Shown here: positions 41,492 through 51,340 of the stretch, piece after piece
Position numbering within the stretch: position 1 is the first letter of the stretch
Layout of the letters: every line of letters starts with the position of its first letter
From: an uncultured Deinococcaceae bacterium
Lineage (GTDB): Bacteria > Deinococcota > Deinococci > Deinococcales > Deinococcaceae
Length of the DNA: 64,000 nucleotides
NCBI GenBank assembly: GCA_964252075.1
Contig: CAXULY010000014.1
Coordinates: 50,683 to 114,682, forward strand
Direction: 5' to 3'
Translations under genes and position numbers: made by a program
Notes under the pieces: generated by a model
The model's database searches: none
Seen by the model: the letters and a program-made list of their open reading frames with translations, nothing else
Told to the model about the DNA's origin: nothing

Positions 41492-42250
41492 TCAGTCCGG
41501 GGACGACTCCGCCCTCAACGTGCGCAGACCGGTCTCCTCCATGGTGCGGGCCACATCCGCGTCGTCCGTGACCAGGGCGTACAGGCGCGCGAGGGGCGCC
41601 ACAAGATGCGGCGCGATCTGCCCGGCCTTGCTGGAGTCCGCCAGCACCACGGTCCGGTCCGCCGCGTCCAGCATCGCGCGTTTGACCGCCGCGTCCGCAT
41701 CGGAGACGGAGGTCAGCCCCTGCGCCGGGTGCACCGCGCAGGCGCCCAGGAAGGCCCAGTCGGCCCGTCGGCGCGCCAGGGTGTCCAGGGCGCTGGCGCC
41801 CACCAGGTACCGGGAGCGGGTGTGCCAGTCCCCGCCGGTCAAACTGAGCTGCACGTCGCGGTCGGCGATGAACACCGCCGCGATGTCGAGGGAGTTCGTG
41901 AGGACGCTCAGCGGCCGGACGCGCAGGTGGTGGGCCAGTTCGAGCACCGTGGAGCCTGCGTCGAGGATGACCGAGTCCCCGGCGTGCACGAGTTGCGCGG
42001 CGCGCGCCCCGATCCTCGTTTTTGCCTCGGACTGGAGTGCGGCGCGGTCATTCCAGGCCATGCGGCTCGCGTCGAGCGTGACCGCGCCACCGTGCGTCTT
42101 GTGCAGGAACCCGCGCGCCGCGAGCGCCTTGAGGTCGCGGCGGATGGTGTCTTCGGACACCCCGAGGGTGCGGGCGAGGTCCGGCACGGCCACCCGACCC
42201 TCATGGCCGAGGGCCGCCAGGATGCGCTGCTGACGTTCAGGCGCGAACAT
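41492..42250 (-). CDS. DeoR/GlpR family regulator
   Basis: VSEDTIRRDL, HGGA, LDAGST, LADSSK. Confidence 0.95.
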   Translation of the reverse strand: MFAPERQQRILAALGHEGRVAVPDLARTLGVSEDTIRRDLKALAARGFLHKTHGGAVTLDASRMAWNDRAALQSEAKTRIGARAAQLVHAGDSVILDAGSTVLELAHHLRVRPLSVLTNSLDIAAVFIADRDVQLSLTGGDWHTRSRYLVGASALDTLARRRADWAFLGACAVHPAQGLTSVSDADAAVKRAMLDAADRTVVLADSSKAGQIAPHLVAPLARLYALVTDDADVARTMEETGLRTLRAESSPD

Positions 42251-42279
42251 GCTGCCTTCAGTGTACCGCCCGCAGCCCT

Positions 42280-42322
42280 TGCGGTTTTATGCTTGATTCT
42301 GCGGGAATCTGCCGATTAGACT
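42280..42322 (+). promoter_or_regulatory. Promoter TTGATT-N18-TAGACT with phased TGC boxes (DeoR operator candidate)
   Basis: Same 43-nt layout as 45058-45100. Confidence 0.6.
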
Positions 42323-42328
42323 GCCGGT

Positions 42329-43480
42329 ATGTCCCTTGAGATGGCCAGGTCCTCCGGCCCTCCCCGACGCCTGGCGGTCCTCGCGCTCGGGGCCTTCCTG
42401 CTACTTGGCCTGCTGTACCCCATCCTCGGTCCGGCCCTGCCGCAACTCAGTGCGCGGTTCGGTCTGCGCGCCACAGGCGCCTCCCTCCTGCTGAGCGTGA
42501 ATTCCGCGGGCGCGTTCATCGGCGTGGTCACGGCGGGCCTCCTGTCCGCCCGGCTTGCGCCCGAGCGCCGGGCCCTCACCGCGACCCTCATCCTCGCTGC
42601 GGGCTGCGCGGCGCTCGCGGTCGCGCCGACCTTCGCGCTGGCCCTGCTGGCGGCCGCGCTCGTCGGCCTGGGGTTCGGCATGCTGGACCTCACGATGAAC
42701 GTCTGGGTCTCCACCCGGTACGGCGAGCGCAGCGCCGCCGTGCTCAACCTGCTGAGCGCCGCGTTCGGGGTGGGCGCCGTCCTGGCCCCGCTGGCCGTGG
42801 GCCTTTCGGACGGCCACGTCCGCGTCCCCCTCCTCAGCTGCGCGGTGCTCGCCGCCGCCTTGCTTCTGCCCCTGCTGAGCATGCCGCGCGCCGCGGTGCA
42901 GGCGCCCGCGGAACCGGGGCTGCCCGCGGGAGGCTGGCGGCCATCCCGCGTTCTCCTGGGGGGCTTCGTGCTGCTGTTCCTCGCGTACGTCGCGGTGGAG
43001 GGCGGCGTGGGCGCCTGGGAGGTGACGCACCTGCGTGAGGCCCTGGGCCTCAGCACCGCAACCGCCGCGCAACTCTCCGCGCTCTTCTGGGTGAGCTTCA
43101 CAGCGGGGCGGCTCATCTCCGCGCCCCTCGCGCTGCGCCTCGCCCCGGCCGCGCTCGTCACGGGCGCCCTGACGCTCGCCGCCCTCAGCCTGGCCGCAGC
43201 GGCCCTTCCCGGGGCGGCCCCAGCCGCGTACACACTCACCGGCCTGTTCCTGGCTCCGGTGTTCACGACGGCCCTGGTGTGGCTCACCCGCGTCCTGCCG
43301 GGCGGCGCCGCCCCAACCTTCGTGTTCGCGGGCTCGTTCCTGGGTCCCGTGGTGTTCTCACCGCTGGTCGGCGTGACGCACGACGCGTTCGGACCGGCGG
43401 CCATCCCCCTGACGCTGCTGGGCATCACCCTGCTCGCCCTCGCCCTCGGCCTGTGGCTCCACCACCGCCTGCGGCACTGA
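42329..43480 (+). CDS. MFS transporter (sugar-permease-like)
   Basis: About 12 TM; LGPALPQL, FGVGAVLAP, YVAVEGG, FW..FTAGRL. Confidence 0.88.
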   Translation: MSLEMARSSGPPRRLAVLALGAFLLLGLLYPILGPALPQLSARFGLRATGASLLLSVNSAGAFIGVVTAGLLSARLAPERRALTATLILAAGCAALAVAPTFALALLAAALVGLGFGMLDLTMNVWVSTRYGERSAAVLNLLSAAFGVGAVLAPLAVGLSDGHVRVPLLSCAVLAAALLLPLLSMPRAAVQAPAEPGLPAGGWRPSRVLLGGFVLLFLAYVAVEGGVGAWEVTHLREALGLSTATAAQLSALFWVSFTAGRLISAPLALRLAPAALVTGALTLAALSLAAAALPGAAPAAYTLTGLFLAPVFTTALVWLTRVLPGGAAPTFVFAGSFLGPVVFSPLVGVTHDAFGPAAIPLTLLGITLLALALGLWLHHRLRH

Positions 43481-44245
43481 ATCACTTCCCTGAAGCGGGA
43501 CAGGAACGCAACACCGGGTGTCAAGAATCTGGAGTTCGCGACCGCTCATGTCGGGAGGCAGTGCAGCGGGTTGAGCCTGACTGGCTTCAGCGGAGCGGCG
43601 CGCGCCGGAAAATCGCGATGGCGCCCAGGCTTCCCGATGCGGCCCACACCAGCCGGACCACGACGTAATGCCAGTCATTCCAGTTCAGCTCATCGTCCGC
43701 CCGTGGGCTCGGCGCACCCAGCGCGTACAGGACCGTGACCTCGTTCGCCTCGGGGCCGTTCCTGACGCGCTGAATGTGGGCGGACTGCAGAATCACAGCT
43801 CAGTCTGGAGTGGGCGACATGGGCACTCCACCCAACTGTGTAAAGGCGCCTTGGTCGTGGGACGCGCGGAGGTGCGCCTGCCGCACCCGCCTGAACGATG
43901 CCGTTCCGGGACGGCGATCAGCGCCCCGCTCCATGCATTGAGCGCCCCGCGTGAAGGAGTAGCTTTGGGTTGGGTATTCAAGCATGACGGGCACGCGCCG
44001 AAAGGAGGGCCTCCCGGCGCGTTCTGCCCGAATCTGCTGCCCTGATCGCACGACGCCAACGTGACGGGAGGACCCGTGGTCCATTCTGACCGTGCCGACT
44101 GGTCAGGCCAATTGCTGGAATGAGTCCCTTACCTCTTCGTGGCTACGGTCCTGTCGTCCCGGTCCTCGCCGCACCTGAGCGTTCACAACCGTGCGAATTC
44201 CGTGCGGAAGCGTTGAGCTGCAGCTGAAGCCCCGCACAAGCCCAA

Positions 44246-45037
44246 TTACGCCCTGCCTGGATCGGGGGTGGCGGAGTGCGCATCGGCGCGCATGACGGTG
44301 AGCCCCAGCGCCTCGAAAGGTTGGATGGCAGCGTCCTCGACGTCGTGCTCCACAATCATGCCGCTCACTTCGGTGACGGGGGCGATCACGAAGGGCGACG
44401 CCACGCCGAGCTTTTCGCGCGAGGCCAGAACGATGGTTTCCGCCGCGCGCCGGGAAAGGGCGCGCTTCACGAGCGCATCCTCAAGGTTCCCCGTGCTGAG
44501 GCCCGCATCGACGTGCACGCCCGTCACGCCCAGAAAGAAGAGGTCCGCCCGGATGTGACCCATCGCCTCGATGGTCGCGGCTCCCACCGCGACCACGGAG
44601 TGTTTGTCCAGCACCCCGCCAAGCACAATGACGTCGACGGTCGGGTGGGCGGCGAGTTCGACGGCGATGGTGGGGCTGTGCGTAACCACGGTCGCGTGCA
44701 GGTCGCGCGGCAGGTGCCGCGCAACCTGCACGGCGGTGGTGCCGCCGTCCAGCAGGACCACCTGACCGGTCTGCACGAGTCGGGCGGCGGCCTGGCCGAT
44801 CGCGCGCTTGCCTTCGCGGCTGATGCGTGTGCGTTCGTCGAAGGTCGCTTCCGCGGGTGCGGCGGGGAGGGCGCCGCCGTGCACGCGCTGCAGCTTGCCT
44901 TCGGCCGCCAGTTCACGCAGGTCGCGGCGGATGGTGTCCTCGGAGAGGTTCAGGTCGCGGCTCAGCTGCTTGGCGACGATCTGCCCGTCGCGCTGCAGGA
45001 GGGTGAGGATGTGTTGCTTGCGTTGGCTGGTGAGCAC
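44246..45037 (-). CDS. DeoR/GlpR family regulator
   Basis: LSEDTIRRDLREL, RVHGGAL, LDGGTT. Confidence 0.95.
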   Translation of the reverse strand: MLTSQRKQHILTLLQRDGQIVAKQLSRDLNLSEDTIRRDLRELAAEGKLQRVHGGALPAAPAEATFDERTRISREGKRAIGQAAARLVQTGQVVLLDGGTTAVQVARHLPRDLHATVVTHSPTIAVELAAHPTVDVIVLGGVLDKHSVVAVGAATIEAMGHIRADLFFLGVTGVHVDAGLSTGNLEDALVKRALSRRAAETIVLASREKLGVASPFVIAPVTEVSGMIVEHDVEDAAIQPFEALGLTVMRADAHSATPDPGRA

Positions 45038-45057
45038 CGTACTGCCACTCTACATGC

Positions 45058-45100
45058 TGCACGATTTTTCTTGACTTTGCACGAAATTGCGTTCTATGGT
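45058..45100 (+). promoter_or_regulatory. Promoter TTGACT-N18-TATGGT with TGCACGA direct repeats
   Basis: TGCACGA at 45058 and 45078 flanking the -35 box, between divergent deoR and nudK. Confidence 0.65.
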
Positions 45101-45186
45101 GATGATGTGCGCATCGCCATTGGGCAGCCAGCAGCCCGCCACCATCCAGCGGTGCGGAAAGGATTCCCTTAACGACCCATGACCGC

Positions 45187-45777
45187 GTGCAGATTCACGA
45201 CGTCCAGCTCCTGTCCGCCGACTGGGCGGTGCTCAAGAAGACCAGCTTCTCCTGGCTCCGACGCGACGGCACGTGGCAACGCCAGCACCGCGAGACCTAC
45301 GACCGCGGCAATGGCGCGACCATCCTGCTGTTCAACCCCGCGTCCCGGTCCGTCGTCCTCACCCGCCAGTTCCGCTTTCCCGCCTTCGTCAACGGACACG
45401 ACGGCCTCCTCATCGAGACGCCCGCGGGCCTGCTGGACGACGCCAGCCCCGAGGAGCGCATTCGCGCGGAAGTGGAGGAAGAGACCGGTTACCGCATCAC
45501 GCGCGTGACCAAACTCTTCGAGGCGTTCATGAGCCCCGGTTCCGTCACCGAGAAGCTGCACTTCTTCACCGCCGAGTACGAACCGACCATGAAGGCGAGT
45601 GCCGGTGGCGGGAATGCAGGCGAAGCCGAGGACATCGAAGTGCTGGAAGTGGGCCTCGACGACGCCCTGCGCATGATCACCCGGGGCGACATTCAGGACG
45701 GAAAGACCATCATGCTCCTTCAACACGCGGCGCTGCACCTCCTTGCGGCGCGGGACACCCAGCACGCGTCCACCTGA
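45187..45777 (+). CDS. nudK: NUDIX hydrolase, GDP-mannose pyrophosphatase-like
   Basis: RETYDRGNGATILL, QFRFP, AGLLD..EVEEETG, MSPGSVTE, EDIEV, DGKTIMLLQ; start uncertain. Confidence 0.88.
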   Translation: MQIHDVQLLSADWAVLKKTSFSWLRRDGTWQRQHRETYDRGNGATILLFNPASRSVVLTRQFRFPAFVNGHDGLLIETPAGLLDDASPEERIRAEVEEETGYRITRVTKLFEAFMSPGSVTEKLHFFTAEYEPTMKASAGGGNAGEAEDIEVLEVGLDDALRMITRGDIQDGKTIMLLQHAALHLLAARDTQHAST

Positions 45778-46278
45778 CCCCGGTGATGCAAACACACCGC
45801 GGTGGTCAGGTGAATCAACTCGGCAGAACGGGGGCCGGTCTATCGCCCCCGATGGCGGCCCAGCTGCTCCGGGTTGGATGGGTGAGGGCGTGGTCAAATA
45901 AGGACGTGGGCTGCCTGACGGCGTATCGCACACCACAACGTGAGGCAGGCGTGGAACCCCGGACACCCGGCGCTCCACCGCCTCAACGCCGTGCCGGCGC
46001 CGCTCGCATGAACGGTTCCGGCGCAGTGTGATGTTCGCCCTCGCGATGGTGCACGAACGAGGAATCCGCCCGGGTGGACAGGCGCCTCCTCAATCACCCC
46101 GCGGCTTACCTGGCAGGGGAGCACAGAGCAGGGCATTCATCGAAGTGCAGCGAGGATACGTGAAAAAACGCCGCGCCGCCTCCGTCCAGAGGCACTGACG
46201 TTAAGCCCTGCACGTCCCTGTGCCCGCTCCAGTCCAGCCTGAAGCGACACCCAAACGACGCCCCGTACACTGACCGGT

Positions 46279-47142
46279 ATGGGGTTCCAGAATTCGCCCG
46301 AGACGCCGTTTCTGCCGGATGACATGCCGCCCAACCTCCCCGAAAAGCCCGGCCATCACCTCGAATTCCAGGAGGAGTTCGACGCGCCCACCCTGAACGC
46401 ACAGCGCTGGCTGCCGTTCTACCTGCCGCACTGGAGTGGCCATAAGCGGGCGGCAGCGCGCCACACCCTGCCCGGTAAGGGCCTGCACTTGCACATCGAA
46501 CACGACCAACCGGCGTGGCTGCCGGACGTGTTCGGCGGGTTGCGGGTGTCCTCGGTTCAAACGGGAGGGTTCTCCGGGCCTGTCGGCTCGCGGTCGGGCC
46601 AGCACCGCAACCACCCAGATTTGCGCGTGCGGGAAAGCTGGCCGCCCACCCGGCTGTACACGCCGCGCTTCGGGTTCATCGAGACGCGGCTGCGGGCCGT
46701 GCCGATCCCTGGGTACATGGTGGCCCTGTGGATGATCGGCGTGGAGGAGCGCCCCGAGGAATCCGGTGAGATCTGCGTGTGCGAGGTGTTCGGGCAGGAC
46801 GTGACGCCCGAATCGGCGGTGGTGAGGTGCGGGGTGCACCCCTGGGGCGACCCGACCCTGCGGGACGAGACCCACGCGGTCACGCTCCCCCTCGACGCGT
46901 CGCGCTATCACGTGTACGCGGTGGACTGGCGGCCAGATCGACTGGAGTTCTTCGTGGACAACGCCCTGGTGCGCACGGTCCACCAGTCGCCGCAGTACGA
47001 GATGCAGTTGATGCTGGGCGTGTACGAGCTGCCACAGCAGCTCACCGACGACGCGAAGGGCGCGGCGTGGCCTCGGACGGCGGTGGTGGATTACGTGCGG
47101 GGGTACCGACAAATCGACAGCAGCACGCCCGAATCGTCCTGA
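46279..47142 (+). CDS. Glycoside hydrolase family 16-like protein
   Basis: EEFD..L..W, FGFIETR, ALWM, GEICVCE, YHVYAVDW..FFVD, VDYVRGY; TACACT 7 nt upstream. Confidence 0.85.
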   Translation: MGFQNSPETPFLPDDMPPNLPEKPGHHLEFQEEFDAPTLNAQRWLPFYLPHWSGHKRAAARHTLPGKGLHLHIEHDQPAWLPDVFGGLRVSSVQTGGFSGPVGSRSGQHRNHPDLRVRESWPPTRLYTPRFGFIETRLRAVPIPGYMVALWMIGVEERPEESGEICVCEVFGQDVTPESAVVRCGVHPWGDPTLRDETHAVTLPLDASRYHVYAVDWRPDRLEFFVDNALVRTVHQSPQYEMQLMLGVYELPQQLTDDAKGAAWPRTAVVDYVRGYRQIDSSTPESS

Positions 47143-47473
47143 ACTCCGGCGCCTGATGCGGGCGGGAGCGCGTGCGGTGCATTCACGCAGCGCGTGAGCC
47201 GCCCGCCCACACTCGTGCATCGAGTTGAGGAGGACCCGCAGCGCGCACCTGAGACGCGATCGGCGCTCCACGTGGCAGGGATCAACGCCTGTGGCCTAAG
47301 GAAGCGCCGCGGCGATGTCTCGCATGCGGTCAGTCCGGCAGCGCCCGGTTGGGGCCACCGGTCATCGCGTGGAACGAACCGGATCAACAGCGTCGCCGGA
47401 TGGTGCATCACGGGTCGCGCGTGATTTCCGGAAGGCCATGACGGCGTGTAGGCTGCGTCTGCACGTTGCTGAC

Positions 47474-48835
47474 GTGACGCAGCGGCACCCCGGCCCGCCC
47501 AAGCCACGGGGCCGTCAGCAGGAGGGCAGCATCGAACCCAACCCACGACACACACACGACCAGCGGCCGATCGGGCGCGCCATCCAGGCGAACTTCAGGC
47601 GGGTGTGGGCCGCGCAGACGGTGTCGCTGCTCGGATCGGAAGTCACCGCGCTCGCCCTTCCCCTCACGGCGGCGCTCGCCCTGCACGCCACGCCCTGGCA
47701 GATGGGCCTGCTCTCCGCCGCTGCCCGCGTCCCGTTCCTGCTGCTCAGCCTGCCCGCCGGCGTGTGGATTGACCGCACGGCCCGCCGACCCTGGATGCTG
47801 GGCAGTGACGTGGGGCGCGCCCTGCTGCTGCTCTCCGTGCCCATCGCGGCGGCGCTGCATCACCTCACGCTCGGGCACCTGTACGTCGTGGCGCTCGGCG
47901 TGGGCGCCCTGAACGTCCTGTTCGACCTGGCGTACATCGCCTTCATGCCCACCCTCGTGCCGCGCGAGCAACTGCTGACCAGCAACAGCCGCCTGCAGCT
48001 GAGCGCCTCCGTCGCCACCACCGCTGGGCCCGGGCTGGGCGGCGCGCTCGTGCAGTGGCTCACCGCGCCCTTCGCACTGCTGTTCGACGCGCTCAGCTTC
48101 CTGGCGTCAGCCTGGCTGCTGTGGGGCGTTCGGCAGCGCGAGCCCACCCCAACCCAGGCCACGCAGCGTGGCGTGCTGCACGCCGTGCGGGAGGGCCTCT
48201 CGGCGCTGCTCGGCCACCCGCTGCTGCGCCCCATCATCCTGACCTCCACCGGGGCGTACCTGGTGGCCGGAGCGATCACCGCGGAGTACGTCCTGTACGC
48301 CACCCGGGAACTGCACCTCAATGCCGCGACCATCGCCCTGATCTACACGGTGGGCGGCGCCGGCGCGCTGCCCGGCGCGTGGCTCACGAACTGGGCGGCG
48401 CGCCGCTTCGGCGTGGGCCGCGCCATCCTGGGCGGCTGGCTGGTGTGGGGCGTCGCGGGGCTGGCCGTGCCCCTGGCGGGCGGACCGGTCGCGCTGGCCA
48501 TCGCGATCCTCGCGGTCGGTCAGGCGGTCGGAAGTCTGGCGGACACGGTCGTGAACGTGCAGCAGTGGAGCCTGAGGCAGGTCGTGACGCCCGATCACCT
48601 GCAGGCGCGCGTCACGGCAGGTCACCGGTTCTTCGTGCGCAGCGGTGATGCCTTGGGCGCCGTGCTGGGCGGCGCGCTCGCGTCCACCGTGGGCTTGCGG
48701 CCCATGATGTGGTTGTGCGCGGTGGCGGTCCTGGTGGCCGTGTTGCCCGCCTGGGCGACGTCGCTGCGGCACCTGCGTCGCATGCCCGCCAGTGCCGCCA
48801 CAGCCACTGATGAACACCAGCAGTCCATCCCATGA
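47474..48835 (+). CDS. MFS transporter (DHA3/EntS-like)
   Basis: NFRRVWAAQTVSLLG, AGVWIDRTARR, about 12 TM; start uncertain (the RBS points to ATC at 47531). Confidence 0.88.
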   Translation: MTQRHPGPPKPRGRQQEGSIEPNPRHTHDQRPIGRAIQANFRRVWAAQTVSLLGSEVTALALPLTAALALHATPWQMGLLSAAARVPFLLLSLPAGVWIDRTARRPWMLGSDVGRALLLLSVPIAAALHHLTLGHLYVVALGVGALNVLFDLAYIAFMPTLVPREQLLTSNSRLQLSASVATTAGPGLGGALVQWLTAPFALLFDALSFLASAWLLWGVRQREPTPTQATQRGVLHAVREGLSALLGHPLLRPIILTSTGAYLVAGAITAEYVLYATRELHLNAATIALIYTVGGAGALPGAWLTNWAARRFGVGRAILGGWLVWGVAGLAVPLAGGPVALAIAILAVGQAVGSLADTVVNVQQWSLRQVVTPDHLQARVTAGHRFFVRSGDALGAVLGGALASTVGLRPMMWLCAVAVLVAVLPAWATSLRHLRRMPASAATATDEHQQSIP

Positions 48836-49449
48836 CCCCCGCCCTGTCCAACCAGGATGTTCAGCCGCCCAGCGTCGGACGGGTAGGGCGGCGGGCGGCA
48901 CCAGACGACTCCAAGGGAGCGTGAAGCGCCCACACAGATGGACACCTCCGGTCCCTTACGGCGTTTTCGTGGACGGTGCGATACCAGTTTGAATTCGTGG
49001 CGCGAACCTGGGCGCTCATGATCCTCGCCGCAAGCGCCTGCGAAAGACCTCAGACGTGGTTTGACCGTGACCGGATCCCCCTGCCCCTTGTAGGCAGCGC
49101 GGACGCACTGCGGTAATCACCTGGGGTAAAGGCCGGCGCCGCCCCGGACGGTGCAGACGCGCAGATCCGACCGCCATCCGAAACCCAGTGATCCACCTGA
49201 TTCGTTGAACGCAACGGAACGGCTACCTACCGGAACTTTTCCACCGCAAGCACCGACATGCGCATGCCCAGTCACCAGCATCGCCCTTCAGGCAGTGGTT
49301 CCGGGATGTGCCCTTTGTGCCACTGCTCCTCCTCCGAAACATTGGGCCGACTGATCAATGCCCATCAGGCGTGCCATCGACTCAATGATCAATCTCGCTT
49401 TGCATCTGCCAAAGGGCCTTCCTTTGCCTCCAGCGACGCGCACGCGGTG

Positions 49450-49485
49450 GTGTCATTCCTCGACCATGCCGCCCTGACTACGGTG
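49450..49485 (+). promoter_or_regulatory. Shared promoter motif GTGTCAT-N6-ACCA-N12-TACGGTG
   Basis: Identical fixed positions in three copies (49450 +, 54269 -, 56451 -). Confidence 0.75.
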
Positions 49486-49533
49486 TGACGCAGGACGCGG
49501 GGCCAGACGTTCCGCGCCGCCAAGGAGCCCACC

Positions 49534-50937
49534 ATGACCATGTCCTCTGCTGTTCCGTCCACGATCCTCGCTGAATTCCAGGTTCACTTTCAGGGCACGC
49601 TGCTGACCGCCGCCGATGCCGACTACTCGACCGCCCGGGGCGTATGGAACGCCGCCGTGGACCACCACCCGGCCGTCATCGCCCGTCCGCACTGCGCTGA
49701 AGGGGTTGCGCAGGCTGTCCGCTTCGCCCGGCAGCAGCGCCTCGGTGTTGCGGTGCGCGGAGGCGGCCACAGCCCCGCCGGATTCGGCACGATCGAGGGG
49801 GGGATCGTCATTGACCTCATCAGCCTCAAGCGACTGATCGTCAACCCCGAGACGCGCTTCGTGCGCGTGGAAGCTGGCCTCACCTGGGGTGAGGTGGCGG
49901 CCACCCTGCACGAGCACGGCCTCGCCATCACGGCGGGCGACGCGGCGTCGGTCGGGGTGGCCGGCCTCACGCAGGGCGGCGGCATCGGCTGGATGGCGCG
50001 CCATTACGGCCTCGCCACCGACCGCCTGCGCGCCGTGGAGCTCGTGACGGCCGACGGCACCCTGCTGCGCACCAGCGACACCGAGCACCCCGAGCTGTTC
50101 TGGGCCCTGCGGGGCGCCGGCGCGAACTTCGGCGTCATCACCGCGCTGGAATTCGAGGCGCACGCGGGCGGCACCGTGTACGGCGGCGCGCTGTTCTTCG
50201 ACGGTCAGGATGCGGCGCGTCTGCTCGCCGCGTACGCCAAGCTGGCACTGCACGCGCCGGACGCGCTCACCACCCAGGCGGTGCTGATCCCCGCGCCCCC
50301 CGCCCCGTTCGTGCCCAGCCATCTGGTCGGTCGGCCGCTGCTGGGGATTCTCGCTTGCTGGTCCGGGGACGTGACGGCGGGCGAGCAGGCGCTCGCGCCC
50401 TTCCGGGCGCTCGGCGCGCCCGTCGCGGACCTGATGGGCCCCATGCCGTACCCGGCGATGTTCGAACTGACCCGCGCGGGCGAGCAGCGTGGGTTGGGGC
50501 ACGCGAGCCGGTCCGGGTTCCTGGACGAACTGCCGGACGCCACCCTGGCGGCCCTGGTGCGCGAGGCGAGCCGCAGCATGCAGCCCCACTCCATCGTGCA
50601 GCTGCGCGTGCTGGGCGGTCAGCTGAGGCACGGGGAAGGCGCCTTCGCGCACCGCGAGCGGCCGTACCTCCTGATGGTAGACCAGGGGTACGCCGAGGCG
50701 GACCAGCGGGATGCGGCGTGGTCGCAGGTCGAGCGCCTGTGGAGCGTGTGCTCGCCACTGGTGCGCGGACAGTACGGCAACTTCGTGGCGACGCGCGACG
50801 TGGACTCGCAGGCCGAGGTTTTCGGCCCGCAGGCGCTGGCGCGCCTGGCGCAGCTGAAAGCGCAGTTCGACCCGCACAACGTCTTCGCCCGCAACCTCAA
50901 CATCCAGCCGTCCGTGCGTGACGCGGTGTTGATCTGA
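49534..50937 (+). CDS. FAD-binding oxidoreductase (berberine bridge enzyme-like)
   Basis: AVRGGGHS, VGVAGLTQGGGIG, LFWALRGAGANFGV, RLAQLKAQFDPHNVF. Confidence 0.95.
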   Translation: MTMSSAVPSTILAEFQVHFQGTLLTAADADYSTARGVWNAAVDHHPAVIARPHCAEGVAQAVRFARQQRLGVAVRGGGHSPAGFGTIEGGIVIDLISLKRLIVNPETRFVRVEAGLTWGEVAATLHEHGLAITAGDAASVGVAGLTQGGGIGWMARHYGLATDRLRAVELVTADGTLLRTSDTEHPELFWALRGAGANFGVITALEFEAHAGGTVYGGALFFDGQDAARLLAAYAKLALHAPDALTTQAVLIPAPPAPFVPSHLVGRPLLGILACWSGDVTAGEQALAPFRALGAPVADLMGPMPYPAMFELTRAGEQRGLGHASRSGFLDELPDATLAALVREASRSMQPHSIVQLRVLGGQLRHGEGAFAHRERPYLLMVDQGYAEADQRDAAWSQVERLWSVCSPLVRGQYGNFVATRDVDSQAEVFGPQALARLAQLKAQFDPHNVFARNLNIQPSVRDAVLI

Positions 50938-51067
50938 CTTCACTCCCGCAGCGAGGGCGCATGGGGCAGACCGTTGCGGTCATGCAGCTCAGCAGTGACG
51001 GGGGTGGGCTTGAACCCAGCCCATCACCGATCGTCTAACGCACCCATGCATGCTCAGGAGCATCACC

Positions 51068-51340
51068 ATGAACAGTACCACACAAGAAACCGCACCTGAA
51101 ACGCAGGTCTTTCTCCTGAACGGCGTGCTGTTCGTCGGGACGCCGCTCCCACTTCATCCACGCCCCGCCGCAGCGGAGACGGACCCTCTCCTTGCGGCCC
51201 TGGCCTGGCCCATGGGCAGTGAGGTGTGGAGCGGTGTGCGCCTGGCCGTGACGGACACATTGGTGGCCACCGTGGTCGTCGGGGTGGGCGCGGTAGACCA
51301 GCGCATCCCCGACCGAGCACATGAACCCTCTCCACATTGA
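51068..51340 (+). CDS. Small hypothetical protein
   Basis: AGGAG RBS 7 nt upstream of ATG; 90 aa. Confidence 0.45.
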   Translation: MNSTTQETAPETQVFLLNGVLFVGTPLPLHPRPAAAETDPLLAALAWPMGSEVWSGVRLAVTDTLVATVVVGVGAVDQRIPDRAHEPSPH

